Shown: positions 9,285-18,440 of the stretch, in pieces
How the letters are laid out: each line of letters opens with the position of its first letter
How positions within the stretch are numbered: position 1 is the first letter of the stretch
From: Thermodesulfobacteriota bacterium
GTDB lineage: Bacteria > Desulfobacterota_D > UBA1144 > Nemesobacterales > UBA2774
DNA length: 64,000 nt
NCBI GenBank assembly: GCA_965216785.1
Contig: OZ244197.1
Coordinates: 2,508,349 to 2,572,348, forward strand
Direction of reading: 5' to 3'
Notes under the pieces: generated by a model
Databases searched by the model: none
What the model saw: only the letters and a program-made list of their open reading frames with translations
What the model was told of the DNA's origin: nothing
Translations under genes and position numbers: made by a program

Positions 9285-10295
9285 TTATGTTTGGATACCC
9301 TTTTCAAAATTTGATCTTAAATTTTCCAACAATTCTTCCCAATCTATGCAGTAGTAATAATTACCCAAACTAGTCATACTGCTGAAATATTTATTTTTGT
9401 CTAAGGAATCCTTATCGTATCCAAGCCTAAACTTAAGAGAATTGAGAAAGCGCAAATCTAAGTATAATTCCGAGGCTTTATGAGTTTTTTCTTTAATGGC
9501 TAATTTTACTGTTGTGTCAATCTCTATAAGTTGAGCAAACGGAATACCAAAACTATTGAGAGAGATATGGTTCTTAGTATCAGATATGTGAGTTAATGAA
9601 TCCTCATAATATGCGTTACTACCCTGGGTGAATATTGCATAAATATCTAATCCAAGTATCTCGTTATAGACTTTCCTAACATCTTTGACAATATCCAGAA
9701 TATATTCAGGATTATAAGTGTAAGAAACATTGCTTTCGAAGTGACCCACAGTCCAGTTGCTTTTTAGAATCACATTATCCGCAAATGATATAAAAGACAC
9801 ATCAGAATATTTTGCAGCAAGTTTATCAATCGCATCACGTAGATTGATCAGCTTTTCATAATTCAGAAGGCCATTCTTTAATGCATTTTTTACTCCGATC
9901 GCATCGATCCAACAAAATACTGAATATTGCCTCAAATGTAGATGTTCGTACCATGAAGATTTAACAAAAATATGTGGTCTTTCACCATATATTGGACAAC
10001 TCACACATGTGACAAATTGGTCCCTAGGTAGATCAATGGTGACTTCGTGGAAGGTGTACAATACATCTGGAAACCAAGATAGTTCTATTGAGTTCTCATT
10101 GATTCGTCGAGCTACAATATCACTTATAGGGTCTACGGAGACATATTCACGAGTAGAAAAACTATTAAGCATTGCATTCTCATAATCCTGCATCAAACTC
10201 TCATCCATCATATAGGATTCTTCGTTTTTAGGTACTTGGTCGAATTCATGAACTACAAAACTCTCATGCTCAAACATTTGTATAACACTCCACAA
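9285..10295 (-). CDS. Hypothetical protein with a C-terminal class III nucleotidyl-cyclase-like domain (AT-rich)
   Basis: Motif series FCWIDAIGVK / SFADNVIL / AIFTQG / FGIPFAQLIEID / LYLD; likely ATG start at 10277. Confidence 0.55.
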   Translation of the reverse strand: MWSVIQMFEHESFVVHEFDQVPKNEESYMMDESLMQDYENAMLNSFSTREYVSVDPISDIVARRINENSIELSWFPDVLYTFHEVTIDLPRDQFVTCVSCPIYGERPHIFVKSSWYEHLHLRQYSVFCWIDAIGVKNALKNGLLNYEKLINLRDAIDKLAAKYSDVSFISFADNVILKSNWTVGHFESNVSYTYNPEYILDIVKDVRKVYNEILGLDIYAIFTQGSNAYYEDSLTHISDTKNHISLNSFGIPFAQLIEIDTTVKLAIKEKTHKASELYLDLRFLNSLKFRLGYDKDSLDKNKYFSSMTSLGNYYYCIDWEELLENLRSNFEKGIQT

Positions 10296-10302
10296 GAGTA
10301 GT

Positions 10303-11307
10303 TTATGTTTCTAATTGTAAATCATCTGGACTTAGTGCTTCAACTGCTGCAAATCCCTTGGTTTTCTTGAAATTCATATTATGAACAAAATTTTTCATAG
10401 AATCTGAAGGGTCAATCTCATCTAGATTTAATCTTTCTAATGTAGCTCTTGGAATAGCAACAGAGAGTATTGGTTGTTCTTCGATATGGCCTGTGCTTGA
10501 ATTTAATAGATTATCAATTGCAGTCACAACAACAGCATTTACAGGAAGCACAGAAAACAATTCATTCGCAACCCTCAGTACACAGCTACAAATATAATCT
10601 TGATACAGTTCATAATACTTTCCCATGGGCATTTTCTTGTAAGAAACTTTGCCACTTTTTAAAAGGCTTTTTGATTCGTCTGGAATTACATCTTCACCGT
10701 GAACATTGATTGAAGCTTCAATAATACGAGATTCCCCAATTTTAAAATCAAGACCTGAGCCTATTTCGACTATCTCTGAAAATGGGTTTAACTCTTCTAT
10801 GACTTCTAAATATGCATCAACTTCTTTATCAAATAACCTAAGTGCGAGGTTTTTACTATCTTCCCAGTCAGATTTAGCTTTATCGTATTCCTCTAATGCG
10901 AACTCGTACTCATCGTCATCTAAACTTCTGCTTTTTTCGATATCATTGTATAGATCATTCTTCTTTTTTTCTGTTCTCTTAAGCAATTTATCAAACATTC
11001 CGGGTTTATATGTTTCATGCAGGTTCTTCGCATTATCTTCGTTTTTTGAGTTCCGTACTGGTTCAGTAGGCGGCTTTGAATCTCTGATGTCAGCCCAATC
11101 AATCCTCTCTGAGTATTCTTTGTGAACCGATAACAATCTATCTATAAAATTTTCATATACTTCAACTTCATAAGCTGCTTGCTCCATTGCAGCCATTCGT
11201 TCTTCTTGCAACTGTTGTTTCTCAAGCGCTCGTTGTCTTCGTCGAGAGTCTCGCTCAGCAGCTTTAATACTCGAATTCACAGACCTTACAAAACCTTTCC
11301 AACCCAT
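10303..11307 (-). CDS. Hypothetical protein with an N-terminal coiled coil (AT-rich)
   Basis: Long ORF (track start 11367); ATG at 11307 preceded by AGGGGG SD; C-terminal YQDYICSCVLRVANELF...IDPSD...FKKTKGF. Confidence 0.75.
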   Translation of the reverse strand: MGWKGFVRSVNSSIKAAERDSRRRQRALEKQQLQEERMAAMEQAAYEVEVYENFIDRLLSVHKEYSERIDWADIRDSKPPTEPVRNSKNEDNAKNLHETYKPGMFDKLLKRTEKKKNDLYNDIEKSRSLDDDEYEFALEEYDKAKSDWEDSKNLALRLFDKEVDAYLEVIEELNPFSEIVEIGSGLDFKIGESRIIEASINVHGEDVIPDESKSLLKSGKVSYKKMPMGKYYELYQDYICSCVLRVANELFSVLPVNAVVVTAIDNLLNSSTGHIEEQPILSVAIPRATLERLNLDEIDPSDSMKNFVHNMNFKKTKGFAAVEALSPDDLQLET

Positions 11308-11444
11308 TTTAATACCCCCTTTGCAGATATATAAAACAAGAATTACATAATATTTGGGTGAATGCAAAAGTTAAGAAGATAATTGGCAGATTCTCACAAA
11401 CAATACCAAAATATAGGGTTGGTTCTTGCTTCGCTAACTATTTT

Positions 11445-11483
11445 CACCCCCATCCTAACCTTCCCCCGTCAAGGGGGAAGGAA
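11445..11483. repeat. REP-like palindrome CACCCCCATCCTAACCTTCCCCCGTCAAGGGGGAAGGAA
   Basis: 9-bp perfect stem CCTTCCCCC/GGGGGAAGG (11459-11467/11473-11481). Confidence 0.65.
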
Positions 11484-11500
11484 GTATAAGAGAAAGGATG

Positions 11501-11527
11501 AGATTCCGGCTCGTAGGCCGGAATGAC
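11501..11527. repeat. REP-like palindrome AGATTCCGGCTCGTAGGCCGGAATGAC
   Basis: 8-bp perfect stem ATTCCGGC/GCCGGAAT. Confidence 0.6.
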
Positions 11528-11551
11528 TAAATGCTGTGTTAGACTTTTTGT

Positions 11552-12820
11552 ATGGCCAGTCATAGCTTTGACTACCTAATAATAGGCGCCGGGATATTGG
11601 GCTCGGCGGTAGCGTACTCCCTTTCAAAAAGGCTGAATGAAAGGGGCAAGGGGGTCAGCATAGGAGTTTTGGACCCGGACCTCGAGGGAGAGCACTCTTC
11701 CACCCTTAAAAATGCGGGAGGAGTGAGGGCTACCTGGAGGAACCGTGCCAATATCTCCCTGTGTAAATTCTCTATAGAGTTCTATGAAACGATCGCAAGC
11801 GAGATACAGTTCAGAAAGCTCGGCTACTACTGGATGCACGGCGAGCGCTCCTGGGAAGAGGTAAATGAGAACTATCCGCTGTACAAGGAATACGGCTTGC
11901 CCACAGAGCTTCACCCGCCCGGGAAAATCCCGGAGCTAATGCCCTTTGTTGATAACTTAGAGGGGATCGCCGGGCTTTCGGTATCCAGAAGAGCAGGGCT
12001 CATAGACCATTATTCTCTAAGGCAGCTATACAGAAAAGGGGCGCGGGAAATGGGAGTTAGGTTTTTTGACCGCTACTACGTCGACTCTATGTCCCTTGAA
12101 GGATCCTGCGTTACGAAAGTCACCGCATTTGACCTTACAAGCAGAGGCCAGCAAGCCGGGGGGTTGCACGATGCCGTAAAAGAACTTCTCGTAACAGGAG
12201 ACGCGGGTGAGGGGGGAAGCATAGCCGAGTTTACATGCGGCACTCTCATAAACACCTCCGGCGCCTGGGCGCCCAGGATCTCCGCTCTTTATGGATTTAA
12301 CGACGAAGAGATAAAACCAAGGAGACGGCAAATGGTGGTAATGAAGAGCCAGGACGTCGATCTATCCTCTTATGGAATGGTAATAGACACATCGGATATA
12401 TATTTTCATAAAGAATCGGGGGACATTCTCGCCGGCTACTCCAACATGGACGAGCCCTACGGCTACAACTTTGAATTCAGCTTCGGCGGAACGGACGAGG
12501 AAAGCCAATTTGTAAAATACATCTGGGAGCCGCTATCTAAACGAATGAGCGGGTTCGAAAAGGTAAAGCTTGTAAGGGGATGGGCCGGGATTTACGCAGA
12601 GACGCCCGACCGCTCTGGGTATCTGGGAAAGGTGCCGGGCCTTGATAACGTGTATGAGTGCGCGGGTCATACCGGAAGGGGGCTTATGATCTCCTACGGC
12701 GCGGGGGAGGCGCTCACGGACCTCATTGTCGAGGGAGAGTTCCGAGAAGGGCTCGAGCATACGCATGATCTATCAAGGGAAAGACCCTCGGGCAAGCAGT
12801 ACGAAGGACTCCACTTATAG
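11552..12820 (+). CDS. FAD-dependent oxidoreductase (DAO/sarcosine oxidase beta-like)
   Basis: IIGAGILG dinucleotide-binding motif, STLKNAGGVR, INTSGAWA, ECAGHTGRGLM. Confidence 0.85.
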   Translation: MASHSFDYLIIGAGILGSAVAYSLSKRLNERGKGVSIGVLDPDLEGEHSSTLKNAGGVRATWRNRANISLCKFSIEFYETIASEIQFRKLGYYWMHGERSWEEVNENYPLYKEYGLPTELHPPGKIPELMPFVDNLEGIAGLSVSRRAGLIDHYSLRQLYRKGAREMGVRFFDRYYVDSMSLEGSCVTKVTAFDLTSRGQQAGGLHDAVKELLVTGDAGEGGSIAEFTCGTLINTSGAWAPRISALYGFNDEEIKPRRRQMVVMKSQDVDLSSYGMVIDTSDIYFHKESGDILAGYSNMDEPYGYNFEFSFGGTDEESQFVKYIWEPLSKRMSGFEKVKLVRGWAGIYAETPDRSGYLGKVPGLDNVYECAGHTGRGLMISYGAGEALTDLIVEGEFREGLEHTHDLSRERPSGKQYEGLHL

Positions 12821-12828
12821 CCGCGGCG

Positions 12829-13137
12829 CTACAGCTCGATCTGAATAGAGTCTCCGTCAATGACTACTTTATAACACCCAACGTTCTCTTCTGCCGGGGG
12901 CGTGAGTACTTCACCCGAGGTTATGTCAAACTTCGCCCCGTGCCAGGGGCAGGTGACAGTGTGTCCGTCAAGCTCGCCTTCACACAAGGGCCCGCCCACA
13001 TGAGTGCATTCGTTATCTATAGCGAAGAACTGTCCGCCCGAATTAAATAGGGCTATTTCCTTGCCGTCGACCTCGACAAGCTTCGCTTCACCATCTGTAA
13101 TTTCTCCAACTTTAGCTACCTCTACAGATTCAGCCAC
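12829..13137 (-). CDS. Rieske [2Fe-2S] ferredoxin
   Basis: CTHVGGPL and CPWHGAKFD Rieske boxes. Confidence 0.9.
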   Translation of the reverse strand: MAESVEVAKVGEITDGEAKLVEVDGKEIALFNSGGQFFAIDNECTHVGGPLCEGELDGHTVTCPWHGAKFDITSGEVLTPPAEENVGCYKVVIDGDSIQIEL

Positions 13138-13151
13138 TGGATTTCTCCCTA

Positions 13152-13478
13152 TTATTCGTCCATAAACTGTATTGCTTCCTCAAACTCCTCGGCCATCCCC
13201 GGGTGTCCGTGCCTATTGGCCGCTTCTATGCCTTTTACGTAGGCTTCCCTCGCCATCTCGGGCTGCCCTAGGTTCATGTGGCACTCGGCCAGTATCCTGT
13301 ACACAGCGCCCTCATCGTCTTTGATATTCAGGTACTCGTGTATAGCGGCCACAGCCTCTTCATACATCTCGGATTTGTAGTACTCGTTTGCGAGCCCGAA
13401 CCGCCCGAGCGGGTTTTGCGGGTCTCTTTCAATCATTGCTTTTAGCGCGTCTATTTTACTGCCGGTCAATTTTATCAC
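13152..13478 (-). CDS. Small TPR-repeat protein
   Basis: DPQNPLGRFGLANEY, YRILAECH...AREAYVKGI...GHPGMAEEF. Confidence 0.75.
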   Translation of the reverse strand: MIKLTGSKIDALKAMIERDPQNPLGRFGLANEYYKSEMYEEAVAAIHEYLNIKDDEGAVYRILAECHMNLGQPEMAREAYVKGIEAANRHGHPGMAEEFEEAIQFMDE

Positions 13479-13588
13479 CTGTTGTTTGTAGTTTGATAAA
13501 TATATTACACAGATTGTTCCCCTGAATAAAATCCTGCAATTGACTGTTTGACTTAATCCTGCATAATTGAGAGCTACTTAATCAGCTC

Positions 13589-14146
13589 ATGAACCACTCA
13601 ATAAGATATAAATTAATGGACTTCCTGTTCCAGGCAATTGCCGTTAGGCAGTACCTGATCTTCTCGGGCTGCTTCTTTGTTCTCACGGCTCTTGTAATGT
13701 TTATACTAAACGCTCAGATTATGCCCGCGGACTGCCCGGGAATGATATCACTTGAGCTAGCCTTCACAAAAGGAGCGCTGGGAGAGATTGTAAACGCGTG
13801 CGGCGCCGGCGGGGTGAGGGCGCACCAGGTAATGATTTGGGTCGATTATATATTCATTATCTCCTACGTCGGATTCCTCGGGAACCTGCTGGGCTCTTTA
13901 GTTAGGCACATCGAGTATGAAAAGGCGCTTCTGTACTTTTCCCTACCCATTTACGCTGGCGTGCTGGACGTCATAGAGAATACGCTTCTGCTGATCGAGC
14001 TTTCAGATACACAGAGCCTCAGCGGCATTCTGATATTTCTGGCTTCTATAGCCGCGCTGGTAAAATTCCTGCTTCTCATAGCGGCTATAGCTATCACGAT
14101 TTACTATCTGTTCGAGCTTATTACAAAGAGGGCGGATTCAAGCTAG
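13589..14146 (+). CDS. Hypothetical membrane protein (about four TM segments)
   Basis: Hydrophobic segments with ISLELAFT, DYIFIISY and AGVLDVIEN. Confidence 0.75.
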   Translation: MNHSIRYKLMDFLFQAIAVRQYLIFSGCFFVLTALVMFILNAQIMPADCPGMISLELAFTKGALGEIVNACGAGGVRAHQVMIWVDYIFIISYVGFLGNLLGSLVRHIEYEKALLYFSLPIYAGVLDVIENTLLLIELSDTQSLSGILIFLASIAALVKFLLLIAAIAITIYYLFELITKRADSS

Positions 14147-14967
14147 GCTATTCCGTTTCGCATTGAGAACTTCACAAGATCGACCAGGTTATGAATTTCG
14201 AGCTTTTTCATGATGTTGGCCCTGTGGGTCTCGACCGTCTTTACGCTTTAAGACAGCTCCTCGGCAATACCCGAATTACTCAAACCGCTCGTAATTAACA
14301 CGAGCAACCTCTGCTCCTTGGCGCTAAGCGTGTTGTACCGATCGTGCTCTTTATCAAAGTCTTTAATAATGGTATCCGGCGCCAGATACATCGGGCTTTC
14401 GTAAACAAAGTTGTTTTCCACCACTGTCGGGTGTGTTTTCATGATCGAAATTAGATCCTGGGAGCTTATTTTATTTACAGGATACTGGTTCATCATTATT
14501 AGAGATTTCTCCATACATAGCTTGTTTAAAAATGCTTTCTTCCAAAGCCTCTCTTTATTGCTCAGGAAATAAAATAAATAGCTGTACATCACAAGCACCC
14601 TCACTGGGCTCCGTCCCTTCTCTAGTACTTTATCAAGACTAATCCTGAGATTAGAGACAATAGTGCTCGCTCTTTTATTCTCTTTTACAGAGTTTTTGAT
14701 AATTATTTCTTCATAGGCCTTCGCACTCCCGTTTTCAGTACGTATTACACCGTTTCCTTCAAGCCTTGAGATAAGCTCTAGGGGCGCACGACGGTCGGAT
14801 ATAACAACACAAGTCAATTTACACTTGATAGAGTGTGCAAGAAACTTGGCGGCTATCTCGTAACACTCTGTATCGTTGTAATACAGATGACATAAGTGCT
14901 CATGTGCTTTAAGCGTGGGTAAGTACTGGAATATTGACTGTTGCATGTTTAATTTATTCCCAGGCAT
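14143..14967 (-). pseudogene. MEDS-like sensor plus LuxR HTH regulator interrupted by an in-frame TAA
   Basis: HEHLCHLYY MEDS-like start; LSAKEQRLLVLITSGLSNSGIAEELS, then TAA at 14248-14250, then in-frame SVKTVETHRANIMKKLEIHNLVDLVKFSMRNGIA-TAG ending at 14143. Confidence 0.75.
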
Positions 14968-15285
14968 CGCTCGTTCTAATTTTATTCCTGCTCTCGCTCA
15001 CACGCCTCGTTCACTCGCGGTCCCCAGTCTCTGTCCCCATTCTTAATTTTACTCCCCCGATCGGGCTTCGCCCTCCGGTCCGTCCCCATTTCGTCATTTC
15101 ATCCCGCTCATCCTGAGCTCGTCGAAGGATCGCCTCTGTCCATTTATTTTATCCTACGGGCATCGCTCCAAAGCGCTCGCCTCTGTCCATTTATTTTATT
15201 CCCGCCCCGGCATCGCTTGTTCTAATTTTATTCCAGCTCTCGCTCACACACTTCGTTCACTCGCAGCCCCCAGCCTCTGTCCCCA
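14950..15285 (-). repeat. Modular GGACAGAGGC repeat array, locus 2 (about seven units)
   Basis: Repeated CTCTGTCC on the + strand; internal near-duplicate segments 14950-15040 and about 15195-15285; begins right after the TAA at 15286-15288. Confidence 0.85.
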
Positions 15286-15830
15286 TTACATCTTATCAAT
15301 CGTATCTTTAATAATCAGAGCGGCGTTATGGATAGAGTCAATCCTTCGCAGCACCTCGGCATCGTCTCCGGGCGCCCCTTCCTCGAGGAATAATTCGGTA
15401 CTCCCGATAATTGCGGCAAGGGCATTTTCCGTCTCCTCAATCAGCTTCCTCTGAGTTCTGTGTTTATGGAGCGCAATCTCGATTGTCGTATAAAGATCCG
15501 TTTCTTGAAACGGTTTTAATATGTAACCGTAAGGATTTGTGGTCTTTGCCCTCTTAAGGGTCTTTTCATTCGAATAAGCCGTAAGGAATATGACGGGGAT
15601 GTTATAAAGCGCGCTCGTATAACCTTAGCAGCCTCGGTGCCGTCCATCTTACCCTCCAGCATAATGTCCATTAGAACAATTTCAGGCTCAGTGCGCTCCG
15701 AAAGCTCAATCGCCTCCTCAGCCGAGCGAGCGATACCCGTTACCGAATATCCAAGGTTTTGAAGTGTTTCCTCAATATCCTTTGCGACTATAATTTCGTC
15801 TTCCACTACAAGTACTTTGATCATTTTCAT
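15286..15830 (-). pseudogene. Response regulator (REC plus DHp-like tail) with a 2-nt frameshift near 15604-15606
   Basis: VLVVEDE...VLMDIMLEG...DG in one frame; NIPVIFLTAYSNEKTLKRAKTTNPYGYILKPF... continues in another frame from 15603 to the TAA at 15286. Confidence 0.8.
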
Positions 15831-15850
15831 TTATTCACCATTGAATATTG

Positions 15851-16942
15851 TTAAGCTGCGAATTCGAGTCTGAACTCGGTTTTTTCATTACGTAAGAGCG
15901 ATATCTTCCCCCTGAGCTGTCTGGATAGCGACGTAACAAGCTCTAGCCCTAATGTGCCTGAATTGTCGATATCCAGATCCTCTGGGAACTTCACTCCGTT
16001 ATTGCTTACGCTCAGATAATATTTATTCCCTTCCTTTCTGAAATCAATTTTAATCTCGCCCTGCGGATGATTTTCATCATACCCGGATCTTGGAAAACCG
16101 TGGATAATCGCATTAGATACTAGCTCGTTAACAACCAGACCGCACGGGATCGCGGTATTTAAATCCAGATATATGCTCTGTGAATCCATAACGAAATTTA
16201 TATAACCGCCGCCCACGCCGTATGAGTGAAAGAGATAGTTGGTTATATTTCTCATATACGCCGTGAAATCAATTTTTGAAAGATCCTTCGATCTGTAAAG
16301 CCCTTCATGTAGAGTGGCTATGGACCTAATACGGTTCTTACTCTCGTTAAAAGACGCGACTGCGTCTTGGTCTCGTATTTGTCTTGACTGCAGATTCAGG
16401 AGACTAGATATTATCTGAAGGTTATTTTTTACCCTGTGGTGTATCTCTTTAAACAGCACATCCTTTTCTTTCAAAGACTGTTTTAATTCTTTCTCAATGT
16501 AGCGGCGTTCGAGGATTTCTTTAATCAAAAGTATATTCGCGTTCTTTAACTCGGAATCGTCAAAACGCTCCCGCTCACCAGAACCCTCATCATTCTCTTT
16601 ACCGCGATATGGAGATACATAATGCCCGGAACCCAATTTCAAGCTCTCAATTCTGAGAATTAAATCGTCTTTTACGTATCCAAACTTGCTTCTCAGGCTC
16701 TTAAAATCTTCACCGTAAAGCTCATCGCCCTTTTTAGTACCCATTAAGTTATCAAGCTTGATACCGATATCATTTATCTCAGACAATATATATGAGAGCT
16801 CTGCCAGCTCGCCATTATAGGCGCTTTTTCCCCCAGAACCACCGTTAGCACTGTTATTATCACAGTCTTTTTTTATTTGAATGTTCTGCTCGTCTTCAGA
16901 CTTTTTCATTAGATAGGAAATTTCCGGATAATTTTTATTCAC
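15851..16942 (-). CDS. HisKA_2/HWE-type sensor histidine kinase with no recognisable sensor domain
   Basis: KEIHHRVKNNLQIISSLL H-box, NELVSNAIIHGF N-box, SNNGV and GTLGLELV G-boxes. Confidence 0.88.
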   Translation of the reverse strand: MNKNYPEISYLMKKSEDEQNIQIKKDCDNNSANGGSGGKSAYNGELAELSYILSEINDIGIKLDNLMGTKKGDELYGEDFKSLRSKFGYVKDDLILRIESLKLGSGHYVSPYRGKENDEGSGERERFDDSELKNANILLIKEILERRYIEKELKQSLKEKDVLFKEIHHRVKNNLQIISSLLNLQSRQIRDQDAVASFNESKNRIRSIATLHEGLYRSKDLSKIDFTAYMRNITNYLFHSYGVGGGYINFVMDSQSIYLDLNTAIPCGLVVNELVSNAIIHGFPRSGYDENHPQGEIKIDFRKEGNKYYLSVSNNGVKFPEDLDIDNSGTLGLELVTSLSRQLRGKISLLRNEKTEFRLEFAA

Positions 16943-17478
16943 AATGTCATTAAAGATTTTTGGTATAGCAAATATTCTAGCATATAAAACAGTTTATATG
17001 CCAGTATATTTGAAAAATCAATAGTTTTATATATTACCCAACTACTAGACATAACAGGCTGTTATCATTGCATAATAATGAAATATATACATAGTCACCC
17101 TAATTAAAATACAGCAAACACCCCATTGCCGCCTAGATGGGTTTTGCTATTGGAGTATAAACGGAAATTGAGGAGCCTTAGTATATTAGGTTATTTTTGA
17201 TCCATGGAGAAAAATACATACAGTCTGATTGTATATAGCGTCAGAAAGAGTAATGGCATAGAATATACTTTAAGTATATGACATAAGTATCTGTAACAAT
17301 AGCATATATGTATTTATTCCATATTCTTTGTCAAATACTTTTTAACATTTAGCAAAAAATACCGTTTGTGCGGGAATTGCTAACATTCATTATTGTCACT
17401 CCCCATTGCTCTCACACTTCATACGTGCTAGAATGTAAACTCCTTAAATTATCATATAATACAAGGAGGTTCGGTGTG

Positions 17479-18390
17479 ATGGGAACAAGTATAGGAATGG
17501 GTAAACCGGGCAGAGGCCTGGTTATAACGGTAGTGTTTTTAGGTTTTGCGCTTCTGGCGGGTTGCGCTAATCACCAGTCTGTAAACGACTTCAGCATGGG
17601 GACTTCTGAATTTGCGAGCTCATACGATAGTATGTATCCCGGCAGTTACGATACATGCCTTTCTACCGCTGAGATCAGAAACATAATCATGGAGCTCGGG
17701 GAAACACCCTCGAGATCTCCGCTAACTCAATTAAGTGACGACAAAGCTCAGTGCGCAGGGTTCAACTCCGCGACAGAGGCTTTTAGCCAAACATCAATCG
17801 GGTTATACGATTTCAGCAAGGCGCTGGAGCTGGTTGCCACAAGGAGCCAGCTGGGCTCAATCAATGAAGCTCAGTTCATACCCCAGTTCTCGGGAATTGA
17901 CGAGAGTGCGGCAGAACAAGTACCGGAGCTCGGCGCTCACAGAGAGGAGATTGCTCAGGTCAATACATGGAAGGATTATTTCCAAAGCTTTTTTGTTCAG
18001 AAAACTCCCCAGGAGATGATACTTGAGACTAACCCTCAGGTTACCGCGACACTCGCTCTTTTGAGCGTATTTTCAGATATTTACCAGGTGCAGCTCGACA
18101 ACTACGAGAGGAACATAAAAGTGTTGGATACTCTTCTTTACGATGTACAGTCTGAAGACCCAGTGAAAAGAACTTTTGTCATGAACCGTTCAAGAGATCA
18201 AAATAGCCGGCAGCAACTTCTGAAGAACTATAACGAGGCGCTTCAGGCGGTGAAAGATTCCTACAAGAAAATTTACGAGCGCTCTGAGCTAACGAACCCT
18301 CATTATAAAGACCCTATATTCCAGCAGGACATGAAAGAGTTCTTGATCAAGATATCTAACCTTATACAGCAGTCAAAAATTATTTCGTAG
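17479..18390 (+). CDS. Hypothetical lipoprotein
   Basis: AGGAGG SD at about 17464-17469, hydrophobic stretch with lipobox LLAGC; ORF track opens at 17368. Confidence 0.7.
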   Translation: MGTSIGMGKPGRGLVITVVFLGFALLAGCANHQSVNDFSMGTSEFASSYDSMYPGSYDTCLSTAEIRNIIMELGETPSRSPLTQLSDDKAQCAGFNSATEAFSQTSIGLYDFSKALELVATRSQLGSINEAQFIPQFSGIDESAAEQVPELGAHREEIAQVNTWKDYFQSFFVQKTPQEMILETNPQVTATLALLSVFSDIYQVQLDNYERNIKVLDTLLYDVQSEDPVKRTFVMNRSRDQNSRQQLLKNYNEALQAVKDSYKKIYERSELTNPHYKDPIFQQDMKEFLIKISNLIQQSKIIS

Positions 18391-18412
18391 TTTTTTTGAT
18401 ATAAAAAAATAT

Positions 18413-18438
18413 ACGCCCCGCGCTCCTGTGCGGGGCGT
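18413..18438. terminator. Probable bidirectional intrinsic terminator
   Basis: 9-bp perfect stem ACGCCCCGC/GCGGGGCGT between convergent genes with A/T-rich flanks. Confidence 0.65.
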
Positions 18439-18440
18439 TA

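Noticed and set aside
7303-15141. Composite transposon or invertible segment bounded by the inverted 114-nt repeat copies
   Set aside because: No transposase or recombinase inside, no target duplication seen, and the enclosed genes are a mixture that includes ordinary metabolic genes.
14950-15285. CRISPR array interpretation of the modular repeats
   Set aside because: The constant part is only about 10 nt, unit lengths vary, the internal segments recur between loci instead of being unique spacers, and no cas genes are present.
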